Shown: piece by piece, positions 37,042 through 50,559 of the stretch
Position numbering within the stretch: the stretch's first letter is position 1
Layout: each line of letters begins with the position of its first letter
Assembly (NCBI RefSeq): GCF_018350175.1
Contig: NC_058368.1
Span: 162,070,001 to 162,134,000, forward strand
From: Felis catus
Taxonomy: Eukaryota
Reading direction: 5' to 3'
Length of the DNA: 64,000 nucleotides
Position numbers and translations under genes: made by a program
The notes under the pieces: generated by a model
Database searches by the model: none
What the model was told of the DNA's origin: nothing
What the model saw: only the letters and a program-made list of their open reading frames with translations

Positions 37042-38814
37042 CTGTTTTGGCATTCTCCTTCCATTCTGATCTTCTCTTGAACATGCAAGTTTTTTAGTAT
37101 TTTTTTGAGACATCACTATTAACCCATACCAGTTCTCCAATCCTATTTCACAAGATATTCTCACCATTTCCAGAACTAGTGTGACTGCTTTATTTCACCC
37201 ACCCTGGAAAGAAAATTAGGTGTAATTTGTTTTTACTGAAATGAAATCTCGAGTGCAAACTCTTCTCTCTGTAATTAAGAAAACTATTTTATTTTCATAG
37301 CTATTTATAATTCTCTTTTGGTATTTTCATACCAAATCTCCATTTACATATCAATTGACATTAGATCTTCCATAAGAGGTAACCAGTAATCTTTGGAGAA
37401 CGTTTTGTATAAAAAAAAAAAGAAAAGGCAGATGAAAGCTTAGATTTGTTTAATATGCTTATTTTTGTCCAACATGGAATAACTCATTGTCTTGGTCAGG
37501 AATATTGATAATGGACTTGAGACAAGTTGGGGAATTAGACTGTCATTGAATTCAGGTACAGAAAGAAATTTAATGCCAATATTTACATTTCATCCAGCAT
37601 AATAAAGCTCGATAATGATGTAAATCTAACAATTAAATGTGACTTTAAAATTACATGTATGAAAAATTGGCCAAGAAGATATTAATAGATCACCAATCTC
37701 TTACCACAGTGACTAAAATGATTCATTTTCTTATACAATGAACATATCATTAAATATTAAAATAAAAAAACTGAGAAGTTATCTGGTTTAAACCTTTTCC
37801 CTTATAAATATGTTTTTTAGTATAGAGATTAAATGTCTTGCTTACAGATACATAAATATGGACTAACCTGAAAAGAAAACAAAGACCCCTTGCTCATAGA
37901 CTAGTGGTCTACCATCTATTTAAAAATGTATGGACACATAATGCCATAAGTCCAAATCCACTGTTAAGTCTTGTCAAGCTAATTATTTTGAAATCTGCTT
38001 CAATGAGCAATAATATGCAACCCTATAACACTAAGATTTGGATATATTTCGTGTGAATAAAAAGGACTGAGAAAGTTTGTTTACTGTATAAGCTTTGCTA
38101 TTTGTTATTTGTCATTTTATTATAATAATACTGAAAGGTTAAGTATTATGCCATTAGTTTTAATTTTAACATTGAAAGTGAAGACTGATTTCAATTTCAG
38201 AGTAATTTAAAAATAGCAAAAATTGTTCATGTCAGATAAACAGTACAAATTACCAAAAAAATTAGCTTACATGTATATAGAAATGTATTGCCTTAAAGCT
38301 TGATAAAAACATGTTAATTGTATGCTTAGTTTTGTATGGCAAACACTACAGTAGGTAAGACAAGGGGAAAATGTGATAGTCCTTGTCCAGACTCCAAATA
38401 AGATATCATTTGAGAAGGTTACAGAGCATTGTATAATGAAGAGATAAACATATTTACTCAAACTAATGTACAAACATTTTAAGGGAAAAAATCAGATGAT
38501 CAGTTTCATTGCATTTATTTATCATCTGTTAATCAATTTGCTTTATTTTGCTCCTCCTGCTGTATTTTCTAATCCATAAATTACAACACCATAGGTTGCA
38601 GCTTAAACACTATGAGAGAAAGCACCATATGGGAACTTCTTAACATGGTATATAAAAGATCACCATTTGGTCCCTGCCAAACTGGTATAAACTATACTTT
38701 TTTTTCATGTTATATGTTACTTACTATTATACTGAATGACTTGAAATTTCTCTGATGAGTCAAATTATTCACAGCCCTCATGTATGCCCTTGCTTCAATC
38801 ATTCCTCAAAATAT

Positions 38815-39292
38815 GTTTGTTTTTGATGACCACAGTTTTGACGATTTTTTGTCAAGTACTTTGTATGATATGCTTCAGTGAGGGTTTGTTTGATGTTTTT
38901 GTCATAATTAAGGCTTATGTGTTTTGGAGATTTAGACTACAGAATAAATTGTCATTTTCATTATATATCAAGGGTACATACTATCAACTTGACTTATTGC
39001 TACTGATATTTATCTTGATCAACTGACTGAGGTAGTGTTTATCAGGTTTCCTCACTGAAAAGATACTCTTTTCTCCCCTTTTCCACATTGTTTTCTTTGA
39101 ATACTATGTGCAGCCCACACTTAAGAGGTAGGGAGTCCTATCCCACCACCTTGAGGGGTGGTGGAATATCTACATGAATAATGGAGTTATTCTGCATGAA
39201 TTATTTGTCTCATCCTCAATTTATTATTTATTTAATCTTTTACTTTTATAAATATGGAATCCTGCACATTTATTTTATACTTTGGGCTATAG
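38815..39292 (-). mobile_element. L1MC/MD-type 3'UTR fragment
   Basis: atcaagggtacatactatcaacttgacttat..gctgaggtagtgttt-like..tgtgcagcccacacttaag. Confidence 0.75.
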
Positions 39293-40209
39293 AGAAGATC
39301 AGTTTTTACCTCATTTAGACATGGTAAATACATTGAAGACTTACATAATCTTTTTTATTTTTAAGTAATATTTATCTATAAATAGATATTATTTCCATTG
39401 AAGAAACTTTGTCTTAAAGTTAACAGTAAATCAGATAAGTCAATAACAACAAACTATACATTGAACTTCCAACCAAGCAATTTAGAATAAAAGGAAAATA
39501 TCAAGAACCGGGTCACTGACCATATTCCTTTTTATAAACTTTATTTTCCAAGGGCTACAGGAAAGACTAAGAATTGTTGTGCTAGAGATAAGTTCCCTTT
39601 TTTTCTGTGCCACTCTCTCTTCCTAATTGGAATGATATTAAGCCTGGTTAGATGAGGCTGGAAGGAAAAGAAAAGCAGCCAAATAAATGTGGAAGGCATT
39701 CTAATGCAGGGGTACTTGTTTTTCATTTTCAGTGAGACATTGAAAATGTCTGGGGACATAATCTGGGGACATTCAAATACATTTTTGAGGCTACTGATGC
39801 AGAAGGTGTCTAGACAGATGGACTGAAGAGTGAATCCTAGGTGTGGTGTAAATGGAATCAGAGATTTTCTTCATATTTTGGAGTGAAATACAGAAGTCCC
39901 AAAAGCATTGGTAGAGTGAAAGAGACCAAGGTTGAGCTTAACAGGCCATACAGTAAGAAGACCTCAATAATAGGGCCCATGGACTTCAGCACGTCGTGTA
40001 AGCAAAATAACCGATAGAGATAATTAAACCAGAAAAGTTTCTGTAGGTTGGTGAAGGAGCCTGAATGAATAGAGGAAGGAAGGTAGAAGCTACATCACAA
40101 CTCATGGCATAAAAGCTATTTAAGATCTCAGAATCTCTGGTTTAAAGAAAGAAAGATACATTCCAAAGAAGCCTACAAGACTATGTATTTATATTAAAGG
40201 TAAGTGATT

Positions 40210-40408
40210 ATGGCTCATGAGTTCAAGCCCTATGTTGGGCTCTGTGCTGACAGCTCAGAGCCTGGAGCCTACTTCAGGTTCTGTCTCTATCTCTATCTGC
40301 CCCTGCCCCACTCATGCACTCTCTCTCTCGCTCTCTCGCTCTCACTCTCTCGCTCTCTCTTGCTCTCTCTCTCTCAATAGAAATAATAACAAAAATTTTA
40401 AAAAAAAC
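40210..40408 (+). mobile_element. 5'-truncated Can-SINE
   Basis: Head missing; TSD attaaaggtaagtgatt / attaaagataagtgatt. Confidence 0.93.
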
Positions 40409-42696
40409 ATTAAAGATAAGTGATTTGCATATAACAGACTAATATTTGATATTGAAACTGAGTCACTCTAAAATAAAGAAATAATAGTTCTACTTCATCA
40501 ACAAGATTGAGAAATATGACCAACTTAAATACAAAACATCAAGTTGTTTAAATATTTCTGGTAAATTGGGATTCCCATAGTTGAAGTTAGATGACTACAA
40601 ACAAATGGATCCTCTGAGATTAAATATACTTCCCAGGTGAAGGGATGAGTCAGGTGACAGATTAACCCTGAGGCTCAAAACTGCAAGGGGTTCATGGTTC
40701 TGTATAGCCAGCAGTTGATGCTTAGAAACCATCCTTATCTATTTCCTTCCATCTTTGACTTTCAAGATAATTTGTGTGTGCATAAACAAAAATTCTCACT
40801 GAATTTAATTATACTAGTCTGGAATTGTTTTCATGAGATGATCTGCCAGAATCTCACGTTGCAAAAGGCTTAGGAAGGAATCACCATGACCTAGGGGAAT
40901 TATGACAGATTTACATTAATTAGATTGATGAGTGTCAGTAGGTGACTTTGTCAGGAGATGGTAAGTACTGGACTAGGAGGATGACACCAAAACTCTTTTG
41001 CGGACCATGGCAAATGAAGGCGGCACCCCAGAAAAATTGATGATATGGCCTATTCTCTCCCTTATGTAATGCCCATAGTTTTCACACAGTATTCAATAAA
41101 ACATGCAAAGAAGATATATAACTAGAAGCAATAGAGACTGGGAGGTTGAGCCATCTGAAAGTTAGTAATGGGGTTTTGTTTTAGAAATCTCTCTGGTGGT
41201 GATCCAACTTTCCTGGTGGCAACTGGCAATAATAGACATACGATTCATATTCAAATGTGAGACAATCTGGAAGTCCTCTGAGGTATTTGACAATGAGTAC
41301 CATAAGATATGACAAGACTTTTTGGTAATTTTGTAGGTTATGTGGACCTATTTTGTAATCACAGGCAAATAGGTGTGTAGATTTATATTATATAGATAAT
41401 AATCTTTGAACATTTGGAACTTTAACAGAATCAGTGAGTTATAGTAACATGCCCTCACCACAAAACTCTTTATTGAACTTTTTTTTTCTGACAACCAGCC
41501 AACCTTATTATTCTGAAGATGTGAAAGCTGTAAAGAGAGTTCAGAAAAGGACATGAATCATGAGACTCCAATAAAACACAACTTTACAAGACAACAATTT
41601 TATAAGCTAAACAGATACAAAATGTGAGATTCCAGGGTTTTTATGAAACTGTGTAGTTGGCATGCTGATAATCTTCTTTCGTTTAGGCTATGCTTCACCT
41701 ATTATGGCATCTTTTTATTCTTTATTGATATTATCAACATGGGGATTAAAACTGAGTTATTTGAACATAACAAGTTTGGGTAGTGTATTCCTCTCCTAAG
41801 ACTATAAAAATATTTACTATACCCCATTATGTGATTGGCATATAATAAAATAAGCAGTAATCTCAATATCTGATTCTTATTGACAAAATAGTTTTTAAAG
41901 AAATAAAATTTCCAATAGATCAATGCTAATAGCTTTTCTACCACTAGATGTTTTACAAAGAGTGAGTGCTACTTGAGTCAAGTTGAAATGACATATACCT
42001 ACATACAAATGCCAATGAAATTGGCAATAAATAATACATAGATCAATTTCTCTTTGGAGATATTTACAAATTATTGGACAAAGACAAAGAGGCATTTCTA
42101 TGGCTATTGGTTTCTTTTTTATTGAGATATTATTGACATGTTGTGTAAGTTTAGGTTCTGCAGTGTGTTGATTTGATAGAGCCCTTGAAACATCTGACTA
42201 ATGTGTTCCACAAATCAAGTACCTTTTTGTAAGTATTCTCAAGTCTTGCTTTTGAAACTGATTGACACCAGTGTGTGGTTAGATGGTTAGCTCCAGGAAC
42301 AAGTGCCATTTATTCAGAGTCTAAACATGATGCCTAATGAATCAGGAATTCCAAAAAGTCAAGGGAATGGTAGTGGCTTAAAAATAAACCAAATATCCTA
42401 TTTAGAACAGGATTAACATTTTGGAACTCAGCATTATTTATTGTACTTACTAGCTAATATTCCCAAATTTATGAAAATGGAAAATTTTCTGTCTCTACTG
42501 AAGTTTAAACTATAGATCTGTTAAATTAAGCATCTGCTTGTGAGATGTGTTTTTAATTGTATCAAGAAATTTCCCCCACCTGTGTATATCCAGTATCTGA
42601 ATTTTTCTATCATATATCAGTTATTTTTTTGTACTATAAAAGGGTTTTTCTATACCCTTTGGCTAAGAAGAAAAATATGCTAAAATTATTTAGTAA

Positions 42697-42808
42697 GGGC
42701 ACCAGAGTGGTTCAGTCACTTGAGTGGCCAACTCTTGGTTTCAGTTTGGATCATGATCTCACAGTTGATAAGTTCAAGCCCCATGTTGAGCTCTGCACCA
42801 GAGGAGCG

Positions 42809-42845
<37 letters not shown>

Positions 42846-42925
42846 CCCCCCACCCTCCCTCCTCCTTCCTATCTGCCTCTCACCAATGCTCTCTATCAAA
42901 TAAATGAACTTTAAAAAACATAAAA
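42697..42925 (+). mobile_element. Can-SINE
   Basis: Head, CT tract and AATAAA tail. Confidence 0.92.
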
Positions 42926-43129
42926 AAAATTAATTACTCATGTAAAAATTTCAGAGACAGAACAGACTCATCAGGAAATAGTTTTTATATCAAACTCTTC
43001 AGTGTTGAAATAGGAAGCTGGGTAGAACTACAATTTTCAAATGGCAGCCACTTCTAGTCATGTTCAATTATCCAAAGTCTTCTTCATTTATGGGTGAACA
43101 TATGAGACAATTCTAACAAACACTCTTTA

Positions 43130-43334
43130 TTTTATTATTTTTTTACATTTATTTTTGAGAGACAGAGCACAAGTGAGGGAGGGGCAGAGAGAGAGGGAGA
43201 CACAGAATCGGAAGCAGTCTTCAGGCTCTGAGCTGTCAGCACAGAGCCTGAGGCGGGGCTTGAACTTACAAACCATGAGATCATCACCTGAGTCAAAGTC
43301 ACACATTTAACCGACTGAGGCCTTCCAGTCTCCC
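43130..43334 (-). mobile_element. Can-SINE
   Basis: TSD taacaaacact(c/a)ttta. Confidence 0.94.
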
Positions 43335-43765
43335 TAACAAACACTATTTAAGGGAAAGTTTCTGGAAAAGCATTTTGTTTACTATTTTGTTTTAGGGAAA
43401 AACAGTAATAGAAAAGCAGAATTTGCTCATAATGCCTCTTTGTCTTTTCTACCTTTTTGAATGCATGTGGGAAAACTAGACTTGTGATAGTCTTCTCATT
43501 GCTCCTCTGCTGAAATCCTTACTGACTTGGTGGTTTGAATTATAATTTTGGTCTCCATAACCCAAATAATGTCATAAATTCAATGCCACTGTTTTTCTGT
43601 CATCCACCATACTATGCATTTTGAAGGGTAAAAAGTTTCAGTGAGGAAAATAATGGCCATGAATATCTGGTCCACATATCTATTTGTATTTCAAAGAATT
43701 TTTGTAAGATATGTTATCCTAATACTCCTTACTTTGTAATGTGGCTTTATTATCAGAAATATTTT

Positions 43766-43970
43766 TATTTTTTCTTTTTAAATTATTTTTAAGCTTTTAT
43801 TTATTTTGAGAGAGAGAGCACACACGTGCACATGAGTGAGGGAGGGCCAGAAAGGGAGAGAGAAAGAGGGAGAGAGAGACTCTGAAGCAGACTCCAAAGA
43901 ACTGCAAGATCATGACCTGAGCCAAAATCAAGACTTGGACACTCAATCAACTGAGCCACCCAGGCACTCC
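43766..43970 (-). mobile_element. Can-SINE, internally deleted
   Basis: TSD tattatcagaaat. Confidence 0.92.
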
Positions 43971-44935
43971 TATTATCAGAAATTTTTTCTAAAGCTAATT
44001 TTCTTGAAAGCAATGCCTGGCTGATAGTCAGGACTTCCAAACTATCACTATATATATTTTTTAACCTTAGAGTTTGATAAAAATTGAAAGGAGAGAGAAA
44101 ATAGGGGAAGAAAGTTCTGCCATGTAAAACAGCAAACTGCTCAGTCTAAAAGAGTTTAAGGTGGTATTTGTCCTTTCTTACTGACTACATTCTTGCATAG
44201 ACCCAAGATCTAAACCAAACAGAAAACTCTATCAATTCTCTCTGAGATTTTGATAGTGATTTATGAAATCACCAGAGAATGATTTGCACTTTGATATCAA
44301 TATTAAATCTTCTATCTTCATATGAAACTTCAGCTATAAGCAAACTATATATGTGTGTGTTGTACTGAAGATAAGGACCTAGGAAGATAAATGACAAGGT
44401 GCATTTCATCACAGCAATGTAATTTTAATAAGCAATATGTTCTAATGAAGATACAAGTCTGGCATTGTGGCTTAGTGTATGGTGATCAGGAATAAGCCAA
44501 GATTCAAATTTCAGTACAAAAGCAAACAACTATATAACTCTAGCATGCTTATTAATCTACATTATTTGACTGTGTGGTACATACAGAAGATTAAAACAGT
44601 GGCTATGCACAACTGGCTGCCCCATTAGTTGACACGACGATTTTGTCAACACCCACAGGGCTGTGAGCGTGCATGGTGCATACACCATCTTTTTATACCT
44701 ATCGTGGACTAAACTTATCTCATTCTAGAACAAATAACCAGAAAGGGGGGGGGGATAGGACAGAACAAAGGAAAGGGAAGATCATTACGCATATTTTATG
44801 AAAAAAATCAGAAGTGATTTTTTGGGGGGGGTTAAGATTTGTTATCTTAGAAGAATATAAAGCAGTATCTTCTCTAAGAAATGTAAGCAAAAAGTTATAG
44901 AAAAATTCAGACTAAGATTAAAATAATGAGAGTCT

Positions 44936-45170
44936 GGGGCGCCTGGGTGACTCAGTTGTTTGAGTGTCCGACTTTGGCTCAGGTCATGATCTCACGGCCC
45001 GGGAGTTCAAGCCCTGCGTTGGGCTCTGTGCTGACAGCTCAGAGCCTGGAGCCTGCTTTGAATTCTGTGTCTCCATCTGTCTCTGCTCCCACTCACATTC
45101 TGTCTCTGTTTCTCTCAAAAATAAATAAATATTAAAAAAATAAAGAAAAGAAAAGAAAACAAAAGAAAAG
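44936..45170 (+). mobile_element. Can-SINE
   Basis: ggggcgcctgggtgactcag head; (AAAAG)n tail. Confidence 0.95.
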
Positions 45171-45782
45171 AAGAGAGTCCAACAAGGCATTTACTCTGTG
45201 GAAAGTTGAATAAATAATTGTGAATAGCAAAGCTGCAGTTCTTCCAAAATAAAGAAGAAGACAATCATTGATGAATATAATGATAAAAATATATAGTAAA
45301 CAGATTACAACAAATATAAATGGCAATCTATTCTTAAACTAAGAGAGGTAATTACAATCAAAAAAATAGAAAAAGTGAAATATTGTTATTAATTCTCATT
45401 ACCCCATCCTTGTGTATTTCCAGGCCAATAATCTGGGTTAATCTCCCATAATAGAGAAATTCAGGCTTTCCAAATCCATAACTATTTATAGGCCAGAATA
45501 TCAAACTATAAGACATAATATCTGAAACTGCAAATTAAATTTCCATTCCTAGTGAGTGAAAGATAAAATATGTCATAGAATAAGTATTTCCTTATTAAGA
45601 CATTTTAAAATCTGCACACTGTATCTATAATATTTTTTAAGTTATGAAGTTATGTGTACAATATTCATTGCACTGATATGTTATTTTGGGATGATGTCTT
45701 TAATTATGGCTAACTTTATATCCATAAGATAGCAATGAATTCTAAAGTCTAGGAAACTAGTATTAGAATATATACAAAATAA

Positions 45783-45913
45783 GGGGTTCCTGGGTGGCTC
45801 AAATGGTTAAGTATCTGACTCTTGATTTTGGCTCAGGTCATGATCATGATCTCACAGTTTGTGAGATCAAGCCTCCCATCAGGAGGCTCTAATAGCACAG
45901 AGCCTGCTTGGAA

Positions 45914-45957
<44 letters not shown>

Positions 45958-45979
45958 AATAAATAAACGTTATAAATAA
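45783..45979 (+). mobile_element. Can-SINE
   Basis: TSD gaa(t/c)atatacaaaataa. Confidence 0.93.
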
Positions 45980-46165
45980 GGAACATATACAAAATAAAAG
46001 TTATTAATAGGACCTTCTATTAAGGCCCTGAACAATCAGATTTTGAATGTTAAAAATGCTGTGATACCAATGGTAAATTCAAGATTTTAATAAAGGCTTA
46101 TTTAAAAAAAATGGTTCCATTATAGGATCACTTAAAGACTACCAATGTATAAAAAGTTGTTCTCA

Positions 46166-46370
46166 GGGCGCCTGGGTGGCTCAGTCGGTTAAGCGGCCGA
46201 CTGGCTCAGGTCATGATCTTGCGTTCCATGAGTTCGAGCCCCGGGTCAGGCTCTGTGCTGACAGCTCAGAGCCTGGAACCTGTTTCAGATTCTGTGTCTC
46301 CCTTTCTCTGACCCTCCCCCATTCATGCTCTGTGTCTCTCTGTCTCAGAAATAAATAAACGTTAAAAAAA
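46166..46370 (+). mobile_element. SINEC_Fc
   Basis: Near-consensus body; flanked by gttctca on both sides. Confidence 0.95.
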
Positions 46371-47602
46371 AGTTCTCATTATAAGAAAAAATATAGTAAA
46401 CTCTTTATAATTTATAATGATCAGGAAGTTCCAGTGAACCCATATTCAAAATGAATGTTATATGATAGAATTTTTATCAGAATTAGTAAAAAGTAAATAA
46501 GGAAACATCTTATGTGCCAAGAGAACATTAAAATTACTTTGACCAAATTGAATCAGAATAATAATTTTTTTCTTATCAAATAAAATCCCTGCTTTAAGTC
46601 ATTTTAATAATATCAGACACATGGATAATTCTAAACTAACAGGTAGTAATTTTACCACTAAAAGTCTAAGTGATTATTTTGGAGATTAATTTCCATTTTT
46701 TTGTGAAGCAATCTAAACACAATCTTTTATTAATATTGGTTATCATTTTGGTTATAATTTCAGGTCATAATTTATATAAAGTGAAACTCTATGAATATTT
46801 TTAAATTACACCTATAGGGCATTTTTTGTAAAGGATAATATTTTCAGTTTCTACATTGGTAAAAGTGGACACATAATGGGAACTCCCAAATAAATTGATG
46901 GAAATTAAATGAAATGATAAATATAAAACGCCTAAAACAGTGTTGTAACATGATAAGCAACATGAGCTATTGTTTTTGTAATTGAGACTAAGTTGTGAGG
47001 ATTTACTTTAAAATGTATACTTGTTTTAACTGAGAACCTTAAGAGTCACCTCCTCCAAAGGCACAAGGATTCTAAGAGAAATAAAAAACATTTCCGAGAG
47101 TCTCTTAATTTTTGAGAAAGTCTCCATTACTCCTGGCTGTCCAGCAATGAAGAACTAGAATGGAATGGTTATATGAATAGTATTTTTTTTTTTACATGTA
47201 GGAGAATAATTGTGTTTTTCTACTCTTGGCTAAAATGCCACAGCAGTTTTCTAGGTAAGAGATGTTAGTAGTTTGTCTTTGTCAAAAGAAAATTCCTAAT
47301 CAACTTGCACATATCACAAACAACAGTGGGAAGTAAATAGGAAAATAGAGACTGGATGTTATAGTAGCCAAATCTAGTAGAGTATGAAAGGAGAAAACAG
47401 GAAGGGCTAGAGAAGAAATGTCAGCTAATACTGAGGAGCTGAAATTTTTTTCATGTGTCTTGGGACACACATTACCTTTTCCCACCTCGTTGATACCATA
47501 AACTAGGTTTGATATCAATGCTTAGTGGTTATCCAAAGTGAAACATACAAAATGAAATTTGGCCATACTTTAATGTAATCTACTTTTCCTCCTCTCATTC
47601 TG

Positions 47603-47899
47603 ATAATTCCAAGGATCTACTTTTTATAATATTAATTGCTTAGAAAGAAAGAAAGAGATTAATCAATAATAATATCAGCATGCTGGATATTTAGCAAATG
47701 TCTTTGTTTATTAATTAAAATAACTTCAGTAGTCAATGGTGAAAAATAGTTTTATGTCTGAAACATCATATGCTTATATGATATAAATTTTTAAGCGAGC
47801 AGCTCTTTCTGTAGGTTTTCTAGAAAAGGATATCTAAATCTAGTGGTTTGCTAAAGTTGATTGGGTAGTTAAAGGAATGACTAGGGTTAGAAACCTTGT
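47603..47899 (+). repeat. Dispersed duplication, copy 1 (partner 55651-55971)
   Basis: Colinear from ataattccaaggatc to agaaa(c/t)cttgt; about 20 substitutions by manual alignment. Confidence 0.95.
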
Positions 47900-48134
47900 G
47901 ATCTATTAAATAATATGTGTGTGTGGGTGTAAGTGCGTGTGTATGACAGAGAAAAAGACTCAGAGAGAGAGATTAAATTATAAAACCTAAGGTATGAATA
48001 GATATATAAGGTTTACACAGTTATAAAGATATAGTTTCAATATTATGATTCCATTTGAGTGAAATGCTCATTGCTTCATGCGTTTCAATAATTAAATATT
48101 TATATAAAATGTCTTAAAATAACTTCCAGTCTTT

Positions 48135-48342
48135 TTTTTTTAACATTTATTTATTTTTGAGACAGAGAGAGACAGAGCATGAATGGGGGAGGGTCAGAGA
48201 GAGGGAGACACAGAATCTGAAACAGGCTCCAGGCTCTGAGCTGTCAGCACAGAGCCTGACTCAGGGCTTGAACTCACAGACTGCGAGGTCATGACCTGAA
48301 CCAAAGTCGGCTGCTTAACCGACTGAGCCACCCAGGTGCCCC
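48135..48342 (-). mobile_element. SINEC_Fc
   Basis: TSD acttc(c/t)agtcttt. Confidence 0.96.
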
Positions 48343-49097
48343 ACTTCTAGTCTTTATAAAGATAAGTTAAATGTTGATGCCTTTTCTTCTTTTACAGTCT
48401 ATTGGATTGGATTAAAATCAACTCACAGCAAAACTTTCAAGTATATATGTATCTACAGAAAGGATCCTGGACATTAATTTAAAAAAAAAGTCACAAACAT
48501 TGCATTTTAAAGAAATTGTGACATCTCTTCTCTCTAATTTGTGTCATAAATATCATGGGACTCTTAAATCCTTACTTAATTAATTAGTTCCTTACTCTCA
48601 GGGAGACACACCCTCAGAATGCTCCTAAAACATTATTCACTGGGTGTTACCAGAGAGTTTCCTCCTAATGATAGAATGCCAATTGTAGCAATCAACAAAA
48701 GGATTTCTGTCAATGACATTTTGAGTATTACTATTGTGAATCTAATGAACTTAATGTGCAAGAAATAGGTTGTTGAAATAATTGTTGTAAGCACAAGTCG
48801 TCCTGTAGCCTCTTCTGTTATGTCTACCCTTTCTGATATCCTGGGTTCTGTGAGCTAGGGATAAAAATGTATTTATCTCAGATGAGATCTTCTGACATTC
48901 TTTTCCCCTTGATCACAATGGACATTTGGTACCTGTATTAAAAGCATTAGTCTAGATGGTTTCTAATTACTTACACTCTATTTCTCTTTATATATTGTTG
49001 TGACTTGCTTTGTTAATTCAGTTTCTGTGGACTAGTATATAATTTCACTTGAAGCACAAAATGAAATCCAAAGTTTTATCAAAAATAGTATCACAAA

Positions 49098-49290
49098 GGT
49101 GTGACTCAGTCATTTGGGCTTCCAACTCTTGGTTTAGCCTCAAGTTATGATCTCATGGTTCGTAAGTTCGAGCTTCACATTGGACTCTATGCTAACAGAG
49201 TGGAGTTTGCCTGGGATTCTCTCTCTCTCCCTCTCTCTGTTCATCCCCACTGTGCACGCTCTCTCTCTCAAAATAAATAAATAAACTTGA
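49098..49290 (+). mobile_element. Can-SINE
   Basis: TSD aaaaata(g/a)tatcacaaa. Confidence 0.93.
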
Positions 49291-49623
49291 AAAAATAATA
49301 TCACAAAAATGTCTAAAGTAAAAACGAATGTCTCTCTTATATGGAAAAACAAAATCTGTTAACAAAGAAATAAAACTATAGATTTTTTATAACCTGATAG
49401 TAATTGATCATAGTCTTAATTTATATACGTCTACTATGTTAGAACTGGCCACTCTATGGCCATAAGCAAGTGGTATTATCATAACCTGGTAGCTTTTTAT
49501 AAGTGGTGGAATTTCAGGCTCCACCCATATCCACTAAATATATTTAAGAAACAAGATTCTGGAGTATTTTACTGCCACCCACAGCTGTTCATGTTTCCTG
49601 AGCTCTAATTATATTCCACATCC

Positions 49624-50078
49624 TGTGGTAAATAATAGTGTGTTGTAAATTTTTAAATGTTTATATGTTCTTGATGCCTTAACATCCCCCCAAAACAGGC
49701 TATGGGCAATTCTCCAGGTGACTAGCATTATCAAGTGTGTTCTGACTGGTCCCTTCTGAGAGTTCCCCACTTTGTCCTTCCCTGATTGTGACCTAGTGAC
49801 ATCTAAATGCACCAACGAAATTCCCTCATGCCTTTTACTTGAGTATTCCACCTTGACCCTTAATAAAGGCCCTTACCCTGGAGTGAGTTCTCACTCTCTC
49901 TTTTGGCTCTCACCTACTTTCTTGAGCCCACTTCTTTGGTGCTTCTCCCATATTATTCTTGTGTGGTATTTTGTGCCTTCCTCTTCTAAGGCCTGTGAAT
50001 ATAATAGATCCTTTAATTTAATGTTCTTTTCTGAGTATAATTTCCATGACCGTGTTGGAATGATCCTTCAAAACTCCA
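49624..50078 (+). mobile_element. Probable solo ERV LTR, family not identified
   Basis: Starts TG and ends near CA; CCAA(C/T)-like, taataaa and pyrimidine-rich R-like segments in LTR order; no TSD found. Confidence 0.5.
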
Positions 50079-50559
50079 GAAGCAGAAATTACTCCTCCAT
50101 TTACAACACAAATGGAAGTATGATTATCCCTCGTCCTTGAATGCAGAGCTCATGACCTAATGGGAAAGATAGCAGGCATATAGGGTGATGTTTGGTAACA
50201 AAATGCAAAGTAAAAAGTAAAGATAAATTATGTATGCTCCCTTCTGGTGTTGAGAAAACTGGAATGGACCTTAATAGGTGGAAAACATCTTGTCATTTGA
50301 CAGGAGGAAAGTGTATTTTCATTACTCCCCAAGATGTCTACCCTCCATCAACAGGGGCATGTGAGGGCTGAGAATGTAGTAAGACTTTCTTCCCCAAAAG
50401 TCCTGAATTTGATCAAAAGGGTCATTGTGGGGGAAAAAATGCACATTTGGAGTAAATGCACCCATCATGGACAAGGATCAAGATTAATCTTTGTGAAAGG
50501 ATTGATATAAGACACTCTCCATGCTTTTGTCCTGCATGATTAGGGGTTAAGAAGAACCA

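Noticed and set aside
39140..39167. Inverted repeat atcccaccacc-ttgagg-ggtggtggaat
   Set aside because: Lies in an L1MC/MD 3'UTR; short, with no independent evidence of function.
40880..40966. Strong splice donor ATG|gtaagt at ~40960
   Set aside because: No convincing acceptor or coding frame upstream; such motifs are expected by chance in 64 kb.
44628..44650. gttgaca..tgtcaac hairpin with CpGs
   Set aside because: Only a 7-bp stem; expected by chance.
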